Below, piece after piece: positions 49,540 through 58,798 of a DNA stretch of 64,000 nucleotides. Position 1 is the stretch's first letter. The number at the start of each line of letters is the position of its first letter. The notes under the pieces were generated by a model. The model did not search any database, was not told the DNA's origin, and saw only the letters and a program-made list of their open reading frames with translations. A program made the position numbers and the translations under genes. Origin of the DNA: Alphaproteobacteria bacterium (GTDB lineage: Bacteria; Pseudomonadota; Alphaproteobacteria; RF32; CAG-239); contig JAFTWG010000001.1 in NCBI GenBank assembly GCA_017465405.1, forward strand, positions 9,044 through 73,043, written 5' to 3'.

Positions 49540-50778
49540 ATGGCAGGTGTTATTGAACAGTTGGAAAGCCAAAAACAACATCACGACAGATTGAAAAATT
49601 TTTGGTTAGAACAAGCTGAAAAACGCGGAAAGGATAAAGATAGAACAAAGCCTAAAACTATTATTTCCAGAGCCGCAAAGGAAATGTATCCGTCATTGTC
49701 TCAAAGCCAAGTTGCAAAAGCAACCAGAGAAATTACACTTGCCCCTCAAAGAAGTAATATAGATGTAGGAAATGAAACTTTATCGGTAAGCGAAGCTCGA
49801 TATAAAATAGCTGAACACATAGAAAAGAGTCAAGCTATATCTACTATCCAAAAACATCAACAACGTATTATCGAAGAAGCCAAAAAGAAAGCCCCCAGCA
49901 CTGATGTTAAAACCGAAGATTTAGCATATATAGTTGCTACATCCATTGAAACACTTAACTCTGAAACAAACTCAAGCCAAGAATATTTCAGTTGGTTTGA
50001 AGATTGCACCTCTATTTTAAAAAATATGAATGACGGATATGTTACCGATTCTGATTTACAAGAAAGACAAGAATGGCTCGATTATTCATATATACGAGAA
50101 GCTGAAATGATGACTTGCTTGGCTCTATATCAGAGCAGTAGATATCCGGGAGCGAAAGAAAAATACGATCAAATTTATAACAAATTGGTGAAGATTCGCC
50201 AAATTCGTCACGCTATAAAAGATGCAACAGCTTCAAAAAGTGACGAAACAAAAGAACGAATTGACAAAGGTGTAAAAATGTTTGAGCACCAAAGAGCAAG
50301 AGTGTATGTTGCTGCCTTTCGTGAATTTTTAAAACATGATGAAAAATGGAATATGCCCAAGAAAACACTTCGTCGTTTGAATATGTATCGTGGCGACGAT
50401 TATGACTTGGAAGGAGAATATGATTTCTTTTATGGCCCTTACGAAGTAGATGACTTTGATGAGCAATATCAATATTATGATGATTATGAACGTAGCCCAT
50501 ATGATTTTGACGGTTGGATGCAAGAAAGCGTTTTATTCAGTTGGGATGATGATGTTCGTGCAGCTCCGGTTTATAGCAAAGCTGAAGAATTTGTTGATAA
50601 AGGATACGAAACTCCCACACAAAGCGAAGACGATATTCGTGCTCGCATCGCCGAATTGAGCGGACGCCGTCCTCCTTATAGAGATAGCGCCCGTGGTCCA
50701 CGTGAATTTAGAGCTCGTGCTTTCGATGCCGGCAAGTTTAAATCACTATATCAGTCTAACAGTAAACAAAATAGCTAG
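49540..50778 (+). CDS. hypothetical protein with a Tyr/Asp-rich segment and Arg-rich C-terminus
   Basis: 412-aa ORF with AGGAG RBS; no recognisable domain. Confidence 0.8.
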   Translation: MAGVIEQLESQKQHHDRLKNFWLEQAEKRGKDKDRTKPKTIISRAAKEMYPSLSQSQVAKATREITLAPQRSNIDVGNETLSVSEARYKIAEHIEKSQAISTIQKHQQRIIEEAKKKAPSTDVKTEDLAYIVATSIETLNSETNSSQEYFSWFEDCTSILKNMNDGYVTDSDLQERQEWLDYSYIREAEMMTCLALYQSSRYPGAKEKYDQIYNKLVKIRQIRHAIKDATASKSDETKERIDKGVKMFEHQRARVYVAAFREFLKHDEKWNMPKKTLRRLNMYRGDDYDLEGEYDFFYGPYEVDDFDEQYQYYDDYERSPYDFDGWMQESVLFSWDDDVRAAPVYSKAEEFVDKGYETPTQSEDDIRARIAELSGRRPPYRDSARGPREFRARAFDAGKFKSLYQSNSKQNS

Positions 50779-50844
50779 ACAAGTAAAAAAAATGAGTTTA
50801 ATGTATATGGCAGATTTTAACAAAAAACTATTAAGGAGTGACAA

Positions 50845-51114
50845 ATGAGTTTAATTGGATTGGTTCTTTTTCTTTATTCAGTAATTGTTTTATTTGAAAT
50901 TGCTACCAGAATTTTAGAAAAACACAATGTTATCGATTCTACAAAAAATGAAACATTGAAGAAGTTTATGGATTTGGCAGGTAAAATGACAAATCCGGTT
51001 TACGCAAAAGTAACCGAATTACTTCCGGAAAAATATCGTGTTATAGCCGGTGTTGAATCAGCTCCGATTCTTTTGTTCCTCGTCCTGTCCATTCTCGGTC
51101 AGATGATGCTGTAA
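50845..51114 (+). CDS. YggT-family membrane protein
   Basis: T.PVY...P...GV..AP pattern; yggT-DUF167-folD synteny. Confidence 0.7.
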   Translation: MSLIGLVLFLYSVIVLFEIATRILEKHNVIDSTKNETLKKFMDLAGKMTNPVYAKVTELLPEKYRVIAGVESAPILLFLVLSILGQMML

Positions 51115-51133
51115 TTTTACAATAACGAAAGGT

Positions 51134-51159
51134 GGCGGCTTTATGCCGCCTGTTTTTTT
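51134..51159 (+). terminator. intrinsic terminator
   Basis: GGCGGC-tttat-GCCGCC followed by a T run. Confidence 0.75.
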
Positions 51160-51164
51160 GATAT

Positions 51165-51497
51165 ATGTTTTATTTTGATAATAACGATACAGTTATATTA
51201 CAAGTAAAAATATCTCCAAATGCTTCGTCTTTGGCAATTAAGGGGATATTTACCGATTCTGATAATAAAGATTTTCTAAAAATAAGCGTGATCAGTGTGC
51301 CCGAAAAAGGAAAAGCCAATAAAGAACTGATTAAATTTTTGAGTAAAGAACTGGGAGTGTCTAAAAGTGATATTGAAATTATCAGCGGGGAAACCGGACA
51401 TTTTAAAAAGATAATCATAAAAAACCAAACAAAACAAATAGTTGAAAAATTTGAAGAATGGAATAGGAAAATACAAAATGACTGCGCAAATAATTGA
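51165..51497 (+). CDS. DUF167 (YggU) family protein
   Basis: V...P.AS, P..GKAN..LI..L, GET...K pattern. Confidence 0.9.
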   Translation: MFYFDNNDTVILQVKISPNASSLAIKGIFTDSDNKDFLKISVISVPEKGKANKELIKFLSKELGVSKSDIEIISGETGHFKKIIIKNQTKQIVEKFEEWNRKIQNDCANN

Positions 51498-52326
51498 TGG
51501 CAAACTTATGGCACAAAATTTACGTAAAGAATTGGCCGAAGAAGTAAAAAAACTGAATAAACAACCTCATTTAGCTGTTATATTGGTTGGAAACGACGAA
51601 GCAAGTATTATTTATGACCGTAACAAGAAAAAAGCCGCAGAAGATATCGGAATGACCTGCGATATACATCATTTGCCGGAAGAAAGTAGTGAAGAAGAAG
51701 TAATATCCTTAATAAACGAACTTAATAATGATAATAATGTAAACGGTATTATTGTTCAAATGCCTTTGCCTAAACATTTGGATAGCAATAAGATTATTGA
51801 ACAGATACAAGCAAACAAAGATGTCGATGGTTTTGGGTTTTATAATATGGGACTTTTACACTCCAATAATAAAAACGCATTTATCGCTGCAACCCCCCAA
51901 GGTGTATTTTATATGTTGCAAAAAACTTTAGGCGATTTAAGCGGACTACATACTGTTATTATCGGACGTTCCAATATTGTAGGACGCCCTTTGGCATCAT
52001 TGTTACTCAACAATCACTGTACCGTAACAGTCACTCACAGCAAAACAAAAAATTTACCTGAACTGACAAAACAGGCTGATATTGTTGTAGCTGCTTGCGG
52101 TATCGCAAAAATAGTAAAAAAAGATTGGATAAAAAACGGCGCAACCGTGATTGATGTCGGCATTAACCGCATCGACGGCAAACTTTGTGGAGATGTTGAT
52201 TTTGAAGACGTTAAAGAAGTTGCCGGTTTCATCACTCCTGTTCCAGGCGGTGTCGGACCAATGACCGTTGCCATGTTAATGAATAACACTTTACTTGCGT
52301 ATATAAAACAAAATACCAGTCTATAA
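51478..52326 (+). CDS. folD: methylenetetrahydrofolate dehydrogenase/cyclohydrolase
   Basis: IIDGK, KDVDG, GRSNIVGRP, IDVGIN, TPVPGGVGPMT motifs. Confidence 0.96.
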   Translation: MTAQIIDGKLMAQNLRKELAEEVKKLNKQPHLAVILVGNDEASIIYDRNKKKAAEDIGMTCDIHHLPEESSEEEVISLINELNNDNNVNGIIVQMPLPKHLDSNKIIEQIQANKDVDGFGFYNMGLLHSNNKNAFIAATPQGVFYMLQKTLGDLSGLHTVIIGRSNIVGRPLASLLLNNHCTVTVTHSKTKNLPELTKQADIVVAACGIAKIVKKDWIKNGATVIDVGINRIDGKLCGDVDFEDVKEVAGFITPVPGGVGPMTVAMLMNNTLLAYIKQNTSL

Positions 52327-52378
52327 ATTTTCACATACCTGATTATATTATTTCTATATTTATATAGAGGAAGCAGGT

Positions 52379-52996
52379 ATGTGCAGAGTTTTTGTAATTG
52401 ACGACGAAAAAAATCATTACGATGTATATCCGCATATTTTGGAAGAAAGCGGTTTCGAAGTGTTTGCTACCGAAAATGCTTTCAAATTAATCAGCTATGC
52501 ACCGGAATTGAAACCGGAACTTTATGTTATAAATTCCGAAATGTATGATATAGATTATAACAATCTTGTTGAGCATTTGGTTATCAATCACTTTACCGAT
52601 AATGCTCCGTTAATTGTTATGTATGGTAACAATGAAAAATTTGGGCATTACGGTGTATCTCACTATTTGCATAAACCGGATGAACATATAAAACTACCGC
52701 AAATTGCACAAGCATATTGTGGAGGTGGTGGAAAATATGATATTCTGTTGATAGATGATTTTACACCATCAAATACTCAAAAAAATATACCGATAAATAA
52801 TTTAAATATCTCATATTTTAATGTTCACGACACAAAAGCGGCTAAAAAATTTATTGAAAAAAATACTGTCAATGCCGTTGCTGTTCATTGTGAGGCAGAA
52901 AAATATGAGAAAATAAAAAAATATTTGGATTTTGAAAACACATTTTATGTGGAAAATATTACAAATGTTAAGGATTTAATATCTTTTATTAAATAA
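52379..52996 (+). CDS. atypical response regulator with two degenerate receiver-like domains
   Basis: RVFVIDDE and DILLIDD beta-1 motifs, YLHKP; the phospho-Asp position reads VINS. Confidence 0.6.
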   Translation: MCRVFVIDDEKNHYDVYPHILEESGFEVFATENAFKLISYAPELKPELYVINSEMYDIDYNNLVEHLVINHFTDNAPLIVMYGNNEKFGHYGVSHYLHKPDEHIKLPQIAQAYCGGGGKYDILLIDDFTPSNTQKNIPINNLNISYFNVHDTKAAKKFIEKNTVNAVAVHCEAEKYEKIKKYLDFENTFYVENITNVKDLISFIK

Positions 52997-53031
52997 TATG
53001 CTTTTTGATAATAACAAAAAAGAGCGATAAA

Positions 53032-53607
53032 ATGAAAAAAATATATGACTGGATGCTTAATGCCGCTTCAAAAGAAAACGCACTATGGGTTTTGTTTGCG
53101 GTTTCCTTTATTGAGAGCTCTTTTTTTCCTATTCCTCCGGATATAATGCTTATCCCAATGGTACTAGCCACTCCCAAAAAAGCTTGGAAAATTGCAGGTA
53201 CTTGTACAATAGCAAGTGTTTTAGGCGGATATTTCGGTTATACTATCGGATTTTTAGGATTTGACCTAATTGCCAAACCCCTATTGGAATTTTATGGTTA
53301 TATGGATAAATTTAACAGTTTCAAACAATATTATATCGAATATGGAGCTTGGATTGTATTTGCAGCAGGCTTAACTCCTTTCCCATACAAAGTCATTACC
53401 ATTGCCAGCGGTGCTGTCGGCATGAATTTGCTCATATTCGGTTTAGCATCTGTTGTTGCCAGAGGAATGCGTTTCTTTCTAGTTGCCGGAATGCTCAAGA
53501 TTTGCGGAGAACCCATAAAAGAATTTATCGAAAAGCATTTTGGTTTGCTTTCGATACTATTCTTTATATTGTTGTTCGGTGGTTTTATTCTGATAAAATA
53601 CTTATAA
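53032..53607 (+). CDS. YqaA/DedA-family membrane protein
   Basis: SFIESSFFPIPPD, TPFPYKV, RGMRFF motifs. Confidence 0.92.
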   Translation: MKKIYDWMLNAASKENALWVLFAVSFIESSFFPIPPDIMLIPMVLATPKKAWKIAGTCTIASVLGGYFGYTIGFLGFDLIAKPLLEFYGYMDKFNSFKQYYIEYGAWIVFAAGLTPFPYKVITIASGAVGMNLLIFGLASVVARGMRFFLVAGMLKICGEPIKEFIEKHFGLLSILFFILLFGGFILIKYL

Positions 53608-53826
53608 TTAGTCTTTATGACGGAAAGTGATACGACCTTTGGTTAAATCATAAGGTGTCATTTCTATATCCACTTTATCGCCAACCATTACTCGAATACG
53701 AAATTTACGCATTTTACCTGCAGTCATTGCCAAAATTTCTACACCATTTTCGAGTTTAACTCTAAACATGGCATTAGGCAATTTTTCAATAACTTCACCG
53801 GTCAGTTCTAAAAGTTCTTCTTTCAT
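53608..53826 (-). CDS. infA: translation initiation factor IF-1
   Basis: [26 protein letters not shown] motifs. Confidence 0.97.
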   Translation of the reverse strand: MKEELLELTGEVIEKLPNAMFRVKLENGVEILAMTAGKMRKFRIRVMVGDKVDIEMTPYDLTKGRITFRHKD

Positions 53827-53958
53827 AAAATATCCTCAAATTTGGGTTCTATTGGCAACTGTATAATACTTAATTTTAATTTTTGCAATTTATTTCTTAT
53901 CTTATTACAAAAAAACAGACAAAATTATAAAAATTTTATCTGTTTTTGAGTTATTTTC

Positions 53959-53989
53959 AAAAAAGAGAGGCTTTAACAACCTCTCTTTT
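53959..53989 (-). terminator. intrinsic terminator after valS
   Basis: AAAAGAGAGG/CCTCTCTTTT hairpin with a minus-strand U run. Confidence 0.75.
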
Positions 53990-53993
53990 CTGC

Positions 53994-56627
53994 TTATAGT
54001 CCGACAATACGTTGCAAAGCTTCTTCTACTTTTGCTTTGTTTTCCAAAGCTTCGGCTTGACGACGGCGTTCTTCTTCAACAACTGCCGCCGGAGCCTTAT
54101 CAACAAACGCAGGATTATTCAATTTACGAGCATAGCTTTCAAGATTTTTATTCAATCCGGCCAACTCTTTTTGCAATCTTTCCCGCTCAGCCGCAAAATC
54201 AACAATTCCTTTTAACGGAATCAAAACCGTATTTTCACGGAATACGGTTTGAACCATATCCGGAGTTATATCTCCATTGTAAAGTTCTATTTTTTCCAAG
54301 CGAGCCAATGCACAAATAATATTGGCAAATTGATTAACATTATTTGCGGACTGTTCATTTGCACCTTGTAAATATGCAGTTAATTTAGAACCGGCAGGCA
54401 AATTCATTTCAGCACGCAAAGAACGAATCGCAGAAATGAGTTCTATAACCCAATCAATATGAGCAATAGCATTTTCATCAACATTTTCTTTTGCTGGCCA
54501 TTGTGCATTGATAATATCTTCTTCACTATGATAATTATTCCACAATTCTGCGGTAACAAAAGGCATAAACGGATGCAAAATTATCAAAATGCGATTCAAA
54601 ACCCATGCAAAAGTTGCTCTTGTTTCTGCTTTAGCCTGTTCATCTTCGCCATACAAAATCGGTTTAATCATCTCAATATACCAATCGCAGAAAGAACCCC
54701 ATACAAATTGATATACTCCGTTAGCAGAATCTGAAAAACGATAGCTATTCAAATTTTCGGTTAATTCATTTGATGTCTGTTTTACTTTTTCAATAATCCA
54801 CTTATTAACCGGATGACTAACTTTTGCAGTATCGAAATCAGAGTTAAACACACATTCGTTCATTTCACCAAAGCGAGCCGAATTCCATAATTTTGTAGCG
54901 AAATTACGATATCCCTGAATACGTGATTCGGAAATATTAATATCTCGTCCTTGTGTTTCCATTGCAGCCATAAAGAAACGCAAAGCATCTGCTCCGTACT
55001 TTTCAATAATCTCCATCGGATCAACGGTATTTCCTTTGGATTTTGACATTTTCTGTCCGTGTTCATCGCGAACCAAGCCGTGTATATAACATTTCTTGAA
55101 AGGAACTTTTTTCATCATGTACATACTCATCATCATCATTCTGGCAACCCAGAAGAAAATAATGTCAAAACCGGTTACCAAAACCGATGTAGGATAAAAT
55201 GTGTCTAAAAATTCGCTCTTATCCGGCCAACCTAATGTTGAAAATGCCCACAATCCGGAAGAAAACCATGTGTCTAACACATCAGTTTCTCTGCGAAGCT
55301 CAACTTTTTTACCATAATGTTTTTCGGCAGCAACAAGAGCTTCTTCTTCATTTTCCTCACAAAAGATGGTTTCATCAGGACCATACCAAATCGGCATTTG
55401 ATGTCCCCACCATAACTGACGAGATATACACCAAGGTTGAATATTTCTCATCCATTCAAAATATGTTTTTTCATAAGTCTTCGGCACAAATTCCATTTCG
55501 CCGTTTTCTACAACTCGCATAGCTTCAACGGCTAATTTCGGAGCATCAACAAACCATTGGTCAGTCATCAATGGCTCAATTACAACTCCTGATCTGTCAC
55601 CATAAGGAATAACCATCGGGTGGTCTTCAATTTTATCCATCAACCCCATGCTCTCCAAAGTTTCAATAGTCTTTTTACGAGCAGATTGAGTATCCATTCC
55701 TTCAAACGGAGTATTTTCGTTCAAAGTTGCATCAGGATTTAAGATATTTACCAACGGCAAATTATGACGTTTTCCGACTTCAAAGTCATTAAAATCGTGA
55801 GCAGGTGTAATTTTAACTGCTCCGGTTCCTTTTTCCGGATCAGCATGCTCATCGGCAACAATAGGTATAGCCTTATTAATGATAGGGATAATACATTCTT
55901 TGCCGATAAGATGTTTCAGCTTTTCATTATCTTTTGAAATTGCTACGGCTGTATCTCCGAACATTGTTTCGGGACGGGTAGTTGCAATATGAACAAATTC
56001 GTTTTCTTCACCTTTAATCGGATATTTGTAATAGTACATTTTTCCTACAGTTTCTTTTTGAATAACTTCCAAATCAGAAACGGCAGTCATAAATTTAGAA
56101 TCCCAGTTTACTAATTTTTTCGCTTTGTATATCAATCCGTCTTTGTATAAATTTACAAAAATCTTACGAACAGCTCGAGATAACCCCTCATCCATTGTAA
56201 AGCGAAGTCTTGACCAATCGCAAGAAGCACCTAAACGTCGAAGCTGTTTACATATTGTTCCGCCGGATTTTTCTTTCCATTGCCAAACTGTTTCAATAAA
56301 CTTTTCACGTCCTAAATCGTGGCGAGTTATACCTTCGGCAGCCAAATTACGTTCAACAACCATTTGAGTTGCAATGCCGGCATGGTCTGTACCCGGTTGC
56401 CACAAAACATTTTTGCCCAACATACGATTGTAACGAACTAAAATATCTTGCAAAGTATAGTTCAACGAGTGTCCCATATGTAAAACACCGGTAACGTTTG
56501 GCGGAGGAATTACAACGGCAAACGCTTCTTTATTCTTATTCATATTGGGTTTAAAATATTCTTTTTCTTCCCAAGAAGCATAGATTTTTTCTTCAAAATT
56601 TTTCGGATCGTAAGTTTTTTCTAACAT
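53994..56627 (-). CDS. valS: valine--tRNA ligase
   Basis: PPPNVTG.LHMGH, GTDHAGIATQ, WCISRQLWWGH, KMSKS, C-terminal coiled coil. Confidence 0.98.
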   Translation of the reverse strand: MLEKTYDPKNFEEKIYASWEEKEYFKPNMNKNKEAFAVVIPPPNVTGVLHMGHSLNYTLQDILVRYNRMLGKNVLWQPGTDHAGIATQMVVERNLAAEGITRHDLGREKFIETVWQWKEKSGGTICKQLRRLGASCDWSRLRFTMDEGLSRAVRKIFVNLYKDGLIYKAKKLVNWDSKFMTAVSDLEVIQKETVGKMYYYKYPIKGEENEFVHIATTRPETMFGDTAVAISKDNEKLKHLIGKECIIPIINKAIPIVADEHADPEKGTGAVKITPAHDFNDFEVGKRHNLPLVNILNPDATLNENTPFEGMDTQSARKKTIETLESMGLMDKIEDHPMVIPYGDRSGVVIEPLMTDQWFVDAPKLAVEAMRVVENGEMEFVPKTYEKTYFEWMRNIQPWCISRQLWWGHQMPIWYGPDETIFCEENEEEALVAAEKHYGKKVELRRETDVLDTWFSSGLWAFSTLGWPDKSEFLDTFYPTSVLVTGFDIIFFWVARMMMMSMYMMKKVPFKKCYIHGLVRDEHGQKMSKSKGNTVDPMEIIEKYGADALRFFMAAMETQGRDINISESRIQGYRNFATKLWNSARFGEMNECVFNSDFDTAKVSHPVNKWIIEKVKQTSNELTENLNSYRFSDSANGVYQFVWGSFCDWYIEMIKPILYGEDEQAKAETRATFAWVLNRILIILHPFMPFVTAELWNNYHSEEDIINAQWPAKENVDENAIAHIDWVIELISAIRSLRAEMNLPAGSKLTAYLQGANEQSANNVNQFANIICALARLEKIELYNGDITPDMVQTVFRENTVLIPLKGIVDFAAERERLQKELAGLNKNLESYARKLNNPAFVDKAPAAVVEEERRRQAEALENKAKVEEALQRIVGL

Positions 56628-56717
56628 ATTATTTTCCTGTTTTTTTCATTAAATCATCAACAATCCGCATAAACAGCGGAGTTAAAATAAAAGCTGGAGA
56701 CCGATACTAGTAAAATC

Positions 56718-57281
56718 TTAGCGTTTGCCGGTCTTTACCATCACTCGTTCAATTTCTTTTCTGACTAAATTCGGAAGATAGTCTTCTAACCATTGACTTA
56801 AAATAGGTACAATTTCATTTATAATTGCAGCTTCTGCTACTTTTTGAACAGTAATATCTGCGATTTTTTCATTTTGATGACGAGATGCAAAAACATTAGC
56901 AAAATCTTTTACAATTTGCTCAGATAAATTATCTTTAGGTTCACAAATTTCTTCATCATCGGCCGTAATACGGAAATTATGACTTTGTTCTTCTTTTTCC
57001 TCTGTCTGTAACATCATTTTTTGAATATTGCGACATATTGTGGCAACATCATATTCCGTATCATTTTTTTCTTCTGTAACTTCAGAAATTTCAGGGGCGG
57101 ATACGACAGGACGCAACGGAACAAAAGGTTGAGTTTCTGCAACCGGTTTCATTGTTGAGATATTTACAGCTCTATAATCATCATCTTGAGATTGATGACG
57201 AGTTCCGCTATCGTGTAAGATATTGCGGATAGAACTCAAAATTTCATCCATTGACAGTTCTTTTGTGTCCTGTTTATCCAT
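56718..57281 (-). CDS. popZ: polar organizing protein PopZ (DUF2497)
   Basis: N-terminal SMDEILSSIR helix, acidic linker, C-terminal P.L..WL...LP.LV..EIER; tolC-popZ-valS synteny. Confidence 0.85.
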   Translation of the reverse strand: MDKQDTKELSMDEILSSIRNILHDSGTRHQSQDDDYRAVNISTMKPVAETQPFVPLRPVVSAPEISEVTEEKNDTEYDVATICRNIQKMMLQTEEKEEQSHNFRITADDEEICEPKDNLSEQIVKDFANVFASRHQNEKIADITVQKVAEAAIINEIVPILSQWLEDYLPNLVRKEIERVMVKTGKR

Positions 57282-57296
57282 ACTAAACCCTATCTG

Positions 57297-58655
57297 TTAA
57301 TCTATCGATGTTGACAACCATTTATCACGAGTTTCCTTGTAATAAACCTTAGGATTATACAACTCAACATCAAGTTTTAAATTTCTGGCCGTTAGTTTGC
57401 CCATTGCTTGCATTACTTGCATTGCAGACAAATAATATTCTCTGCGAGCCTTTACTACTTCCACTTGAGAATTCAACAAAGTTTGAAATGCGTCCAATAC
57501 ATCCAAAACGGTTCTGTTTCCCAAAGCTTCTTCTTTCTTCACACCTTCAAGAGCAATTTCATTAGCCTCTACTTGGTCAACCAAGGCTTTAATTTTTGCA
57601 TCATTGGTTACCATAGATTCCCAACTGCTTGTAATTGCAGAAACAGCCGAACGTTGAGCACTCAAAACTTGTTCTTGTGCTTGCCATTTTGCATATTTAC
57701 TTTGACGAATTCTTGCTCTGTTTTCACCTGCATCGTACAGCGGTATTGTAGCATTGAGACCCCAAGTAACATCGTCTACGGTTGCAGACGGATCTCCGAA
57801 ATGTTTCGGATTATTTTTGCTTTTAGAAATACTTCCTTGAGCAGATACTTGCGGAGCTAATGCACCATAATTTGCTTTTACGGCATAATCTCTTGATTGC
57901 AATGCCTGTTTAGCCTGTAAAACAGCAAAATTATTATCCAACGTAAAACTCAATGCTTTATCGAAATTAGCCGGCAAAAATGTATGAATATTATCCGGTT
58001 CCGCTAAATCTTTAGGATCTTTACCGATAACTTGTTTATAAACTGCTTTAGAAACTTCTAAAGTTCCTTCCGCACTTATACGGCTTGCAACAGCTTGAGA
58101 ATAGCTTGATTTTGCTTGAGCAACATCTGTTCTTGTCAATTCACCGACATTAAAACGCTCTTGTGTTTCATCAAGTTGTTTTTTCAATAACTTTTCATTG
58201 TTTTTTTGCAAATCAACGATTGCTTTATCACGAACAACATTCAAATATGCTTCTGAAGCATTCAAAAATATTGCCTGTTCGTAATTTGCTAAACTGTATT
58301 GTTCTGAACGAGCAGCACTATCAGCTGATTTTACGGAATTTACGGTTGAAAAACCGGAAAACAACGGCTGACTGATTGTAGCTGCCAAAGTATGAGATTC
58401 TCCACCTTCTTCGTTATCATTAAGGCTATTATCTTTTTTAGAGTTTCCATATTGTCCGGTCAATGCGACAGACGGTCTGTAGCCCGATTTTGCAATCGCA
58501 ACATTTTCATCAATCGAACGTAAATAAGCTCTTTGAGCCTGCAAATCAGGATTGCTGCGATAAGCTTCTGATAATGCTTCGAAAACTGTTTCTGCTCTTG
58601 CGGCCGAGCAAGCCAAAACTCCCATAGCAATTATGGGGAGCATATACTTTTTCAT
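57297..58655 (-). CDS. tolC: TolC-family outer membrane protein
   Basis: Signal peptide, AY..NP.L, RF.VGE.TRTDVAQA, G.RT.LDVL motifs. Confidence 0.92.
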   Translation of the reverse strand: MKKYMLPIIAMGVLACSAARAETVFEALSEAYRSNPDLQAQRAYLRSIDENVAIAKSGYRPSVALTGQYGNSKKDNSLNDNEEGGESHTLAATISQPLFSGFSTVNSVKSADSAARSEQYSLANYEQAIFLNASEAYLNVVRDKAIVDLQKNNEKLLKKQLDETQERFNVGELTRTDVAQAKSSYSQAVASRISAEGTLEVSKAVYKQVIGKDPKDLAEPDNIHTFLPANFDKALSFTLDNNFAVLQAKQALQSRDYAVKANYGALAPQVSAQGSISKSKNNPKHFGDPSATVDDVTWGLNATIPLYDAGENRARIRQSKYAKWQAQEQVLSAQRSAVSAITSSWESMVTNDAKIKALVDQVEANEIALEGVKKEEALGNRTVLDVLDAFQTLLNSQVEVVKARREYYLSAMQVMQAMGKLTARNLKLDVELYNPKVYYKETRDKWLSTSID

Positions 58656-58798
58656 TTAATCACCTCTTATAAATAACACTGGAAGCGATTATATTACATT
58701 TTTTGATGATTGCAATTATAAATTTTTTATATATTATCATTATTAACCATATTTCAAATAATTTACGAATAGGTTATTATTGGATTTAAGCAGATTTT

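Noticed and set aside
53909-53948. Second AT-rich inverted repeat between valS and infA
   Set aside because: Weak A/T stem next to a real terminator; no evidence of a separate function
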